Below, in pieces: positions 1-12,033 of a stretch of DNA of 64,000 nt. Source of the stretch: Amphiscolops sp. MND2022. Lineage: Eukaryota. The notes under the pieces were generated by a model. The model saw only the letters and a list, made by a program, of their open reading frames with translations, searched no databases and was not told the DNA's origin. The stretch spans positions 78,308,001-78,372,000 of the forward strand of contig OZ076409.1 of assembly GCA_964187785.1 (NCBI GenBank). The letters are read 5' to 3'. Each line of letters begins with the position of its first letter. The first letter of the stretch is position 1. The position numbers and the translations under genes are program-made.

Positions 1-1
1 T

Positions 2-628
2 AAAAATAATCACTCTGTTTCAACTTGCTTTCGTCGCCTTAATTAACTCAAAGAATCGAAACCACAATCTCGATCTCCAACTCCTACCTTTTATCAACAT
101 TTTAAAACTCCTTCAAATAAATCTCGTTATCCTCGATACCGTAGTCGAAGTCATAGTACTCCATCTCGCAAATCCTCTCGCGACAATCGCTACGACAATC
201 GCTACCATTCTCGTTCTAATTCACGTTCACATTCACGCTCTAGATACAACTATAAAACATGCTCTCGTACATATTCCCCTTCTCATAATCGTGATAGATC
301 TCGATATGACAAACATTACCATCAAAATCCTTACAAACCATATACTTCTTCACGAACATATTATAACTCTAATTCTTCTCGTAGCCCATCTAAATATTAT
401 CTCCGTTCTCGTGAACGTGGCTCCAACTTTAATACTTCTACTTTTAACAGATACACCTCTCCTTATCGTCCTCCTTCTAAACCACGCAATGATCGTTATC
501 GTAGCCGATCTCATTCAAATTCAAATCACCCCTCTCCATCTCAATATAAACCTTCCTTAAATCTTACACATCCGTCTACACCACCCATTCAAAGCAACTC
601 CCCTTCACAAACTCATTTTGAAATAAAC
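2..628 (+). CDS. gag: Gag C-terminus: end of a Zn knuckle (HSVSTC) and a long Arg/Ser/Tyr-rich basic tail, in frame with pol; in-frame TAA at 44-46
   Basis: Manual translation of frame 2: KNNHSVSTCFRRLN*LKESKPQSRSP...RYRSRSHS...; open from 47 into the 629 ORF. Confidence 0.7.
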
Positions 629-3600
629 ATGTACCACCCTAATCCTCCATTCCCTCAATCTTCTTCAACTTCTACTGAACATGCTAATGCTCTCACACCT
701 TCCACTTGGTTTGTTAACTTATTTCTTTTTAAACCCAATGAAGATACCTCTATTCCCTCTAAATTAGAACTATTATTCTTACTTGACAGTGGAGCATCCA
801 TCTGTGTTTTAAATTTACCCACCTTCACCATTTTAGCCGATCATTTTTTAAAATGTTCAAAACACTCCCCACCTCAAAATGAATATAAAACTTTAACTGT
901 TGCCAATAAATCTGAAGTACCTATTCTCCATAATCTTATACTTACACTTCATACCTCCCTCCAAGGAAATACTCGTACCCTTGTTATCCCTTTTGCAGTT
1001 GCAAATATTAAATATAATATTCTTGGAACTCCCTTCTTTGAAAAATATGTTAAAACCCTCAATATTGAAAGCATGTCATTAACATTCAATACCCCACATG
1101 AATCTCGTATCAATACTCTCCCTTTCACGGCTCATAAAGAAAAGGATTATCCATATTTTTCTTACATATACACCATCAATGTTAAAAATAAAGTTTATTT
1201 TAAACCAAATGCTTCTCAAATTATTCATTTTCCAATTCAACCAACACTTCCTTTAACATTTAAAACTTCCGATAAAGAAGTTATATTTCCTTCCACACCC
1301 CATCCATTTTTTAAAACACGCTTCAACTCCACCTTTAATTTCCTCCAAGTATATCAAAATACTAATACCGAACCTTCCAGTTGTTCTGTGATTATTCAAA
1401 ATATCACACATCATTCTGCCATTCTTGCCCCTGGATCTATTGGATACATTGAAGTTCCAGCCACTAATATTCAACCAACTCATTACAAAGTTAATGATGT
1501 TAACTCTTTAATACACACTGTATTTCATAAATATTATCCTGATCTTTCTGAACCAAAACCTCCTCGCCGACGTTCTTCTCTTCGAAACCCTCAAATTGAA
1601 ATAAACAATTTGCAACCTTCTCAAATTTTAACCCGATCTCTTCCACCATTACCATATTCACCAGACACTCAACAATTCCTTCATAAATTTAAATTCCAAT
1701 ACTCTGATGTAACTGATGAAGAATATTTACAACTTTGCTCCATTCTTGTTAAATATCGATCATGCTACGCTACACATAAAAATGATGTTGGCCAGATAGC
1801 TACTCCTTTTAGAATTCGTCTTAAACCTAATGCTAAACTTCAAACTCAAAGACCTACCAAAGTTTCTATTCACTATAGAGAAAAATTAAAAACACTCCTT
1901 GATGAATTAGAAAAACACAATATTATTCGTCAAATTGGTTCCACTCATTCTGACAAATCCATCTATGGTACTACATTTTTAAACCCCCTTATTATTATCC
2001 CTAAGGGAGATACTATTAAAGTTGTTTTAGACGCACGCCATCTTAATTCAAACACCGATCAATCTTTCGAATCTTGGCCTATTGAACCACTAGCCCCCAA
2101 CTTGCACGTGCTAACAAAAAATTCAAATCCGCTATTGACCTTATGTACGCTTATGCCCACGCTCCTTTAGATGAAGAAACTATAACTTTAACAAGCTTCT
2201 CTTCTGGTGACAAACTTTACGCTTTCATTCGTGGATTTTATGGCCTTAAAGGCTTACCAAATTTCTTCACCAAACAAATGTATTCATTCTTTCAAAAACT
2301 TATTGACCAAGGTTTTGCATTAGTTTATATAGATGATATCCTTCTCCTCGCACATACAAAACCACATATGTTAACCTTAATTGAACAACTTCATCAAATT
2401 TGTCAAACAAATAATCTTAAAATTGCTCCTGAAAAATCGTTCTATATCCTCCTCACCGTCAAAGTTCTTGGACATGAAATCGGTAATAATACAATTAAAC
2501 CTATCTCTTCTAAAGTTGATGCTCTTCACAAATTAAAAACTCCTACTTCAAAAACTGAATTAATGCGCTTTATTGGATCAATGAATTTTTACTCCAAGTT
2601 CATCAACAAATTACACATCTCTTTAAAACCCTTTAACACTCTTCTCCATGATGATATTCCATTCGAATGGACCCCCGATTTAGATAAACTTTTTAACCAA
2701 ATCAAACTGTCTCTTTCTAAAGAAGCAGAACTTGCTATCCCAAATACAACTCATTCGTTTTATATAACTGTCGATGCCTCTTTAATAGGCCTAGGTGCAG
2801 TTTTATTTCAACCAAACTCCAAAAATAAAATGCAAATAATTTCTTATAATTCTCGTATTCTAACAACCCAAGAACAAAAACTTTCTACATATGATAGAGA
2901 ACTTTGTGCTATTACCTTTGCTCTTTCTCAATATGAATTTATTATAATTGGCTCCAAATTTCCAATAACTATTTTTACAGATCACAATCCTATTCTTTTC
3001 CTTTTCACCCGTAAAGGTAATCTAACTCCTAGACAATATAAAGCTCAAATGCTATTCACCAAATTTTCAAATATACAAATAATCCACACAGCCGGTACAA
3101 ATCTTACTGTTGCAGATATGCTTAGTAGAGATTTTTCAACTATTAATACCCAAACATGCCAACTTCAACACAAAACTCTTCCTCCTCATATTGATTTTCT
3201 TCAACTTAAAAATAACAATATTTTACAACCTATTCACTACCTCGTAAAACATGAAGATGTTCTTCCTACACAAAAAAATGATTCACACATAATTTTGGCT
3301 GATTACGGTGATGATCAATTCACACTTCGTATACAAGATAAAGGCAATGTTGTTAAATATACTCCTCTAGATTCCTTTTCATTTCAATCTGTTTCTTCAT
3401 TCCTGAATAAATACAAAAAACCTGTCAAAAATAAAGTCAAAACCTTACTTCAAGAAAACCCCCTTTTAAATGAAACTGATTTATATGAAACAGACGATCC
3501 TGTTCTTAAACGTATTCCTCATCAGCATTCCCAACCATCTCATGAACTTCACACTCTTTTTACCGAAATACAACACCATTATTTCAATGATATCAATTTG

Positions 3601-5752
3601 TCTCAAGACATCCTAACCAACTTCACCAATTCCTCTCCTATTATTAATAGTACTATTGAAAATAATGCTATAACTCAAACTACTCCAAAACCCATGCACA
3701 CTCAATCTTTACCATTTTTTGACCCCTCCTTCTTTGCTCATCGTAAAGCATTTGATAATTTCTTCCTTCCTTCTGACACGTTTCTCACAGTACCTATTTT
3801 ACTCCAAGCCCAAAAGGATGATCCTGTCCTTTCTACAGTATTTAAATGGTTAAAACAAAAACAAAGACCTCATTCCTTGACTCCAGTTATTAAAGCTAAC
3901 TCCTTTTTATATACATATTATAAACAATTTCAACATTTATACCTTGATCCAAGTTCTCATCTTATTCAATATTATACTCCTAATTCTCGGGTTTTTGAAG
4001 AAATTTTATTAAAACTCAACCCTCTATTAACCAAACACGTATATGCTTACCATTCAAACTTTTATATGCTGCATTTAGTAAAACACATTCTCATGGTCAT
4101 TCCGGTGAAAAACTCTCAATTAAGACATTTAATCAATTTTATTTCATCCCTCATTTACCTTTATGGTTCTCAATTTTCATCCATGACTGCATAGAATGTC
4201 AAACTAATAAGCATTTTCCTATTAAACCCCAAAACATTTCTCCTCCTCTTCCTTTTTATGAGAATGCTACCCACTTTAATTACCGGATTTCTATGGATAC
4301 TAAAGGCCCTATTTCTCCATCTTCACAAAACAACTCCTATATTTTTGTCATCATAGATGCATTCAGTCATTTTGTTGTTACAAATCCAGCTCCTCATATT
4401 ACTTCAAAATATGCTATTCAAACTCTCCTCCACCATTGGATCACAAAATTTGGTCCCCCTCAATATCTTGTTACAGACCGAGGTACTGAATATATAAATC
4501 AAGATATGGCTCATCTATGCTCTCTTTTTCATATTAATCACTCACCCCGAACTCCTTACTCTCCTTGGACAAATGGTTTAGTTGAAGTTCAAAACCGAAA
4601 TCTTGGAACTCATCTTCGAATTTTTTTGCAAAATCCTCCTATCAATTGGTCATTTCAAACGCAAATGTATGCATATGCTCATAATACGACACCTCTTTCT
4701 CAACTTAAACTTTCTCCTTATCAGATTGTTTTCCATACTCATCCTCGTATACCTCTCACCTTTTCTCTTAACTTACCTCGTAATGCTTCAAAAAATTGTA
4801 TTGCAACTTATTGTGAATCTCTTCCCCCCATTCCCATTACAGCACCCAAGATCTTAATCCCTTCTTTCACTCAATTCTTGAAAAACCTATCTCCTCCTGG
4901 CTTTTAGCAGCTGAGACTGCAATGTTAGAAATATATTCCACTGTCCATCGTCATATAAATCATAAACTTAATTCTCAAAGTTCTACATTTGAAACAACTC
5001 ACCTGAAACAATTACCTCTTAATACATTTGTCATTCATACTAATTTTAAACCTGTTAATTTTTCAAAAAAGCTCAAACCTCTTCGAATTGGCCCATATAA
5101 AATACTTAACCATCTTTCTGAAGTAACATATGAACTCCTTTCTCAAGACGGCTCTACCTTTCAAACCCATCGAAATCATATTATACCATATTATCCCAAA
5201 GAACCTATAATTTTTCCCTATATTAAACATTACTACTCTACTCCTTCCCTTATTAATAATCCTGATACTGAATCTTACCAAGATACCTTCTCTCGCTTTT
5301 CCTCCTTAGAACCACTCCAAACCTCAAATCAGTCTCAAACTCTTACATCTTCGAATCATAAAAAACATAACAATTCCCCCACTTCCATCCCTACATATCA
5401 AAACCTTTCCAGGTATTCTTCTTCACAAGATAACTTACATAATATTCCCCCTGCTACCCCTACTAACCAAAACTCTTTACATTCCTCTCCTTCCTTTCAC
5501 AATACCCTTGACACTACTTTTGACTCTCAAGACTCTGACTCTGAAATGCTTCCTAATCCAATTTATTATTCAAATTCCTCAAATGATTCTTTCCCCCAAT
5601 TCTTTCCTCGTATTGCTGATTCTTCAAATCTTTCATCATCATCTCCTTCACTTGATCCTCTAGCTATACCTAATTCTCCAAATGAAACTACTTACACACG
5701 AGCTCCTCACTCTCCTTATAATCTACGTTCACTTCCCCCCCCAACAATATAA
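629..5752 (+). pseudogene. pol: Ty3/Gypsy Pol polyprotein (PR, RT, RNaseH, IN) broken by frameshifts near 2095, 4005 and 4826
   Basis: LLDSGAS (protease); VLDARHLN and YIDDILL (RT); TVDAS, YDREL, TDH, ADMLSR (RNaseH); HSHGH...CIEC at ~4086-4199 in the 4293 frame, MDTKGP, TDRGTEY, NGLVE (IN); GPY motif RIGPYKI. Confidence 0.93.
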
Positions 5753-6123
5753 TCCCACAAAACCAAACATCAATTTTCCCCCCTAATTAAATATTCATTT
5801 TTAATTGAATTTACTACCCTTCTATACTGACGTTAGTCTAGACTTCTAATACAGTCTGACGAATGACAATTTAATTATGACAATGTAGTTAGTAATTGTC
5901 TCTTATACACCTTTCTTCACTTTATATTGCTGAGTTTAGCTGAACGGTTGCTCTAATAAAAACTTGATTTCATAAAAAATAAGTCTTAAATTTTCTCAGA
6001 CCTTTCTTCAATACTTCCTCTTCCCTCAATAATAATCTTTCTCCATCCCTTCATATTTAACCCTCTCTGTTTTAACACCACACAATTTTCTATTTTCTAA
6101 AACCACCCCAATAAACTTTCATT

Positions 6124-7471
6124 TTGTTTCCATCCTGGATCTTACTGTATTTTTGTCTGATTCCTCCTCTCAACCTTCTTCTTCTGTTTCAAGTGATACT
6201 ATACCTTCATCACAAAGTTTTTTTACCAACTTCTCAACAACCTCCCCTAAACCCTATACCAATCACCCCCTCTTTAGATACCACCCCTGTTAACACCCCA
6301 AGTCACACTCCTATTAAAACTTCTGTTCCTCAACATACTCAAACTTCTTTAACTCTCCCACTTTCTGATACTGAATTCCTTTTTGATATAACCCCTGCCC
6401 ATTCTCCCCCTCCTTCCTTTCATATCCCTGACCCTAGTGATATTAATCCTACTCTCCTACGCAATATTAATAATCCAAACATTCCTAAATCAAATCTCAT
6501 ACCTACCTCCATAAAATCTTTTCGTAGACGTTCCCAATTAGATCATTCCTTTTCTATTCCTCAACCTTGTTCTCATACTTCTTCTAAATCTTCACTTCTC
6601 TTAGCTAAACCACTAAAAATTCCTGCTCTCGAATCCCTTGATTCTCTTCAAAAGAAATCTGATTTAAGTGAAGTTGATTCAACTACTTGCTCTCTCATCT
6701 ATCCTCGTCTTCCTCCTTCAAATTCCGCCTCTAAATACACCACTTCTTCTTTAGATAACCTCCTCGACAATACCTCCGAATCTACTCTTCACCCACCACT
6801 TCGTCACAGATATAACCTTCGTAATAATCGTCGTCTTTCCCCTTCTCTTGCAAGCACTAACTCTTCTCTTTTACGTCACCACGCTCAATCTCTTTCTTCC
6901 GAATCTCTAACGGCAAATTCTCCAACTTCCGGATATTGACACTGCCTTTTCTCGACGTTCTTCTATTTCCTCTTATACTCACACTGGTCACCTTTTCTCT
7001 CGTCCCACTTCTCAAAACTCCAGTACTCTTTCATCTGACAGCCATATACTTAATATTGACCTTACTACTGACCAATACTCTACTCCTCCTACACCTAATC
7101 GTGTCGATTACCCTTTAATCGTAAATAGCACCCTTGTTAACAACCCCCGCCAAGACCCTCGTTTTCTCTACCTTGCAACCCATAAACTTAATTCAAATCC
7201 TCACATCTCTGATGCACGCCGTCGTAAAGAATTTCTTCGTCTTGAAGATACAAATTTAGAACTCAAATTTGAAATTACAGTAAAATTCCATAACTTAAGC
7301 CCCCACCCTATTCCTTCACATACAACAGTTCATTTTAAATCCCTTCCTCATCCATTTATTACCACAAATCTTAACCTTTTTGTCAGCGACCATCCCCCCT
7401 TCCGTCTTCTACACGGTTCAATCACTTTTCTTAATACCCTAACGTTTTTAAAATATACTGCACAATTTTAA
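6124..7471 (+). CDS. Orphan accessory ORF X (Pro/Ser-rich N-half, globular-looking C-half), frameshifted near 6220 and between 6911 and 6936
   Basis: Track ORF 6124-6939 plus an ATG-less open frame 6911-7471 (LQLPDIDTAFSRRSS...FLKYTAQF*) whose stop ends one base before the env ATG. Confidence 0.55.
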
Positions 7472-7472
7472 C

Positions 7473-10227
7473 ATGCTCTCTTCCTTTCTTCACTCGTTCT
7501 TTTACTTCCTTTCTTCCTTATTCTTAGCTTCTTTCCAAATTACTCCCTCTCCTGATCATGTGGATCCCAACGATCCTCATATATCGGATCTTTTAGTATC
7601 TCATTATGACTGTTCTAAACAACACAATTTAAGACAATTTAGTCTTACCAGAGTACAACCTTGTGCTCAGGCTCCGTCTGCTTTTGAAAGTACTCGTGCT
7701 ATTGTTGATGTTTTTGTTCGTGCTAAAGCTAAACGTCTTAAAGCCTGGACTTGTGAAGCTTATGTTAAACGTGAAAAATTTGTCTGTGCACAATCCGATT
7801 ACAAATACCGTCGCCATGATCGTACGGATTATCACCAAAATACTATGGAACGCCCCCGTACTCTCGATCCTACCGAATGCAAACATGCTATTCGCCATTT
7901 AAATGGTACTAATAATCCTCAACTTGATGCTTTTAATTACTCCAACTCTTTTACATTTTTCAATGATATTCAAAAACAACGCCTTTTAGAAACAAAACAA
8001 CCTCCTTTTCGTATTACTAAACTCAATACTTTTCACTATGGTGCTTTTGCTTGGACCAGCAATTCCCAATTAGTTTTAAATTCTACTTTAAAAGAAAAAG
8101 CTGTTTGTTGGGATCGCTATGAATATATTATCGAAAAAGATAGTTGGTCTCTCATCGTTGAAGAAATTGAAATTACTTATGATGATAAAGATAACAAACT
8201 TATTTACCATGGACATACCTTACCCTGCCTCCATGATGATGGTTTTTGCAAACCAACTATATTAACACCTTTTACCATTGTTTGGTTTCCTGAAGACCTT
8301 TGTTTAATATTTTCCATACATTCTTTTATTGGTAGAATGTCTAAACTTAATAATCGCTATTGGCTTGAAACTGAACACTTTTTTAATAACCACTCCTCCA
8401 CTATTTCAACCGATACTCCTTATCATGATACCAAATCTCAAACCCGTCTCTCTCGTTTTGAAATTTTCCCTGAAAATAAAATGTTTTGTAAAAAACCGAC
8501 TCCTCTACATCTTACTCAATATCCTGATCTTTTTATAACATATAAAGAAGGATTTAATATGCAAACTGGTAAACCCAATCCTCTTCAACTACCGCAAAAT
8601 GAACAATATAATCAACTTACTACCCAGTTAATATCTGGAAAAGTAATTCATACCCAAAATAAATTTCTTTTCCCTGCTTTAAATTCTTCCAATAATTTTG
8701 CCACTATTGACTATGAAGCCCATATTAATACAAAAATTGACTATTCTATAAATCATGTATTTAAAAGCATGTCTGTTGCCGAACTTAACACCCTCCATAC
8801 TATATGTGAAGTCGAAAGAACTCAACTTTTAACCATTCTCGCCATGTCCGTAAAAAATCCACAACTTGCTGGTTTTCTCTTAACTCAAAACCGTAGTAAC
8901 TTTTTATATGTCGAAGGCTCTACTGCCTGGCTATACGACTGTCCTCATCATCTTTCACCTCTTTATATTGCAGACCAATGCTATGACAAAATTCCTGTTA
9001 ATTATCTTGACACCGTCATGTATGTCGACCCTATTACACGTCAAACTTTTGAGTATGCTAATCAAATTCCTTGTGAAAATAATCCTCAAAATGTAATATC
9101 TCTTGACCCTGATACCGATCAATATTATGTTTTAACTCCACAACCTATTAAAAAAGATCCTCCTCTTCTTTTTGAACCGACTCAAATTCAAACTGCTATT
9201 AGTCCTAACACCTTTACCGCTCAAGATGCTGGAATCTATTCTCAAAAAGAATTGAAACATTTTTGGAATCGTGTTTTATTTACTAAACACTCCGACAACA
9301 CTCTTCAACTCCTTGGAAAAGCTATTAGCTATGAATTCATGAATCAACAATCTGATAACTCATTTCCTGATAATCCTTACCGTTCACTCCGAATTGGTCT
9401 TCATGACTATATGTTTAACTTAACTCCATTTTTTTTCACCTGATTGGTTCACCGATGCTTTCATAAAACTTTTTGGCTACCCATGCTATATTTTAACCCA
9501 ATGTGGAATTTATTTCTCTACCGCTCTCTTCCTACAATTTGCTTTCAACACACTCTTTAGTATTTATCGTTCATTTACTGTTCGAAATTTGCTTAAAAAA
9601 CAAATCTCTGTAATTACTGCTTTAGGCTTTGGTTTCTTTGGAACCATTACCCAAACAATGATGACTGCTATGATTAAATCATCCAATTCACCATCAGATC
9701 CTAACGATTCAGATTCCCCCCACTCCCCATTGGCAAAAACCCATACCCTATCTTCTAGTCCCAAAACTCGTCCACCTAAATACCATACGAATATTAAAAC
9801 GAAACTCCTTAATTTAAAAAACAAAACTCCAATGCAAAGATTTTCACCTAATTCTTCTCCAAGTAAACCTATTTCTTCTCCTATTCCACATTCTACTCCC
9901 ACTAATACTGAAGATCATTTACTCCCACCCCCACATTATAATTCTCACCTTTCATCTCATAATAATCTGTCTCCTCGACCTCCTCAAATACCTTCATTAA
10001 CTTCCTCTTTATATTTACATAATTCTCCTCCTCCTGATGACACCAATTGTGATAATTCTTCAAATGATTCCCCCATACATAACCTATGGCAATCTACAAA
10101 ACTTTATCCCCCTACTCCGCCACCAATTAAAACTAATGACATCCCCTTAACTTCTGTTAATAATATTTTTGACCCCTCTGACAGTCCTGTCAAAGTTTAT
10201 TCTTCTTGCCGTTTTCCTCCTGAATAA
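7473..10227 (+). CDS. env: Envelope glycoprotein resembling class III fusogens (chuvirus G / herpes gB-like); +1 frameshift at T8 run 9429-9436 joins ORFs 7473-9443 and 9589-10227
   Basis: Hydrophobic signal peptide, HYDCS, Cys-rich ectodomain with several N-X-S/T sites, TQYPDLFI, HINTKIDY, CEVER, CYDKIPV...VDPITR; after the shift PDWF...YILTQCGIYFSTALFLQFAFNTLFSIY (TM) and a Pro/Ser-rich tail. Confidence 0.85.
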
Positions 10228-10542
10228 ATTTTCATTTCTTAATTTCTTCATTCCATATCCTGCATATTAATACTTTAATTTACTTACTTCCAAATCAATT
10301 TTACATATTAATCTTTGACCTCCTTTACATACTAATTATAAATATCGTTACCTTTTTCCCATTTCATTTGTAGTCGTTTTTGCTTTTCATTTGGTCACTT
10401 CTCTTTCTCTTCTCCAAAATCACTCATCTTTCACATTTCATAACATCCTCTTTTGCATCTACATACCTTTTCCAAACTACTCATACAACGTACGTTTGTT
10501 TCGCACTCAACTTTTGTCTTAAACTCCTTTCGTGATTTCAAA

Positions 10543-12033
10543 ATGACAAATACGAATCCTGAAGAAGAACTCTTGTCGAGTATAGCTTCATTGTCACCCC
10601 CCCCCCTTTCTCTTAAATCTGGTACCCTCGATATTCCTCTTGTCACTGACTCCTCGCTTCCTCTTGATTCTAACCCCACACCAGAACCCACTTTAAATGG
10701 TACTTCTACAACTTCGCAATCCCTTAATAAACCATCTTCTGTAAAACTTAAAACTCGTCATTCTCCTACCCCGCCTCCTAATAACCTTCATTTTACTGTT
10801 GACAATCATCAAATTCCGCACAAAAAGAAATATAATATTCTTGAAGATCCCGTCTTCCTTGATTCTGGTATCCTCCCTCCAACCCTTCACCCATTGAAAA
10901 CTCCTTCCCAATCTAATACAATGACCGACGAATTTCTTCGCACACATCCCAATTTTAAAGCCAATCTTCCTTCACTATATATGACTCCTACATCTTATAA
11001 ATTTCGCCTCCCTCAAGATCGTAATTTTGATCATTATGTCGCCTATGCTTCGAAAAACCTACCACAACTTGCTTTCTGGCAAAATAAACGTATTCGTTTC
11101 TTCCAATTTCAATTCAATCTTCTTAAACCAACACAACATGATTTAAATACCAATCCAAATGATATTACCACCACTCCTTCTGTTAAAAAACTTCACCATC
11201 AAGCCTACCAACTTTTTTTAGAACAAAAACATCCCCAAAAGTTTATTTTTCAAAATCACAAATTCACTTCCCCGTTTTCCTACCACTCTCACTATTCTTT
11301 AAATCATCTCTTCACTATTGGAACAATTCGAAATTATGATCCAGTTAAACAATATTTTATTCTTTCTTCTTACCATGATCCTACTCGCCCGTTGTTTGTT
11401 CCTCAAGAAGCTCTTAATGTAAATGATGACTTTCTCCTCCCAACTCATATTCCTAACGCTGTTCCTAACTTCTTCCCCAAAATGAATAAATTAGTTGAAA
11501 CACCTCTTGACGATCACTCCCGCTCTTTATATACAGCTCTTATTCACAAACACTATTCTCTCGCACAACTCAATTTTATTATTGCAAAACTCTCCTCCTT
11601 TATTTTGAAAAAACAATATAAATATTTCTCTTTAAATGTCTCTGATGAAATTCTTCAAACTCTTCCTAAACATACTCCGCCTAATACAGTAACTGAATCT
11701 TCTCAGGCTCCTCCTTCAACAATCCCTCCTCAATCAAATTCGTATGTGCTTCAGACTACAAACCCTAATGTTTGTATCAACTCCTTCTCTTGTCCTACAG
11801 ATAAATTTGTCTCCGAAATTCTCACTCTTCTTCGCCCTCATGTTGAAATTGCTCCTAATACTGATCCATTTGTTATTTTAAATCACATTTTTGACACGTT
11901 CCGTATTCTCCAATCTTTACTTCAACTTCATTCTTCAGATATCCAAAATTTGACCCTTTCTACAATTCATGTTAATGATTTTCTCAAAAAGCTTGTTTTA
12001 CTTGAAACTCCTCCTCAATTGACTTCATCTTAG
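10543..12033 (+). CDS. Orphan accessory ORF Y of the retroelement (~496 aa from ATG 10543)
   Basis: Uninterrupted ORF with the element's compositional bias, between env and the LTR; no recognised family. Confidence 0.7.
   Translation: MTNTNPEEELLSSIASLSPPPLSLKSGTLDIPLVTDSSLPLDSNPTPEPTLNGTSTTSQSLNKPSSVKLKTRHSPTPPPNNLHFTVDNHQIPHKKKYNILEDPVFLDSGILPPTLHPLKTPSQSNTMTDEFLRTHPNFKANLPSLYMTPTSYKFRLPQDRNFDHYVAYASKNLPQLAFWQNKRIRFFQFQFNLLKPTQHDLNTNPNDITTTPSVKKLHHQAYQLFLEQKHPQKFIFQNHKFTSPFSYHSHYSLNHLFTIGTIRNYDPVKQYFILSSYHDPTRPLFVPQEALNVNDDFLLPTHIPNAVPNFFPKMNKLVETPLDDHSRSLYTALIHKHYSLAQLNFIIAKLSSFILKKQYKYFSLNVSDEILQTLPKHTPPNTVTESSQAPPSTIPPQSNSYVLQTTNPNVCINSFSCPTDKFVSEILTLLRPHVEIAPNTDPFVILNHIFDTFRILQSLLQLHSSDIQNLTLSTIHVNDFLKKLVLLETPPQLTSS

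Noticed and set aside
291..560. 89-aa hydrophobic ORF (also 6936-7118, 12357-12581, and antisense ORFs such as 9564-9902)
   Set aside because: Shadow frames produced by the C/T-rich bias, mostly overlapping the true reading frames
5897..5910. TGTCTCTTATACAC, a 14-nt match to the 19-nt Tn5/Nextera mosaic end
   Set aside because: Both flanks mismatch the adapter and the retroelement continues on either side; most likely chance
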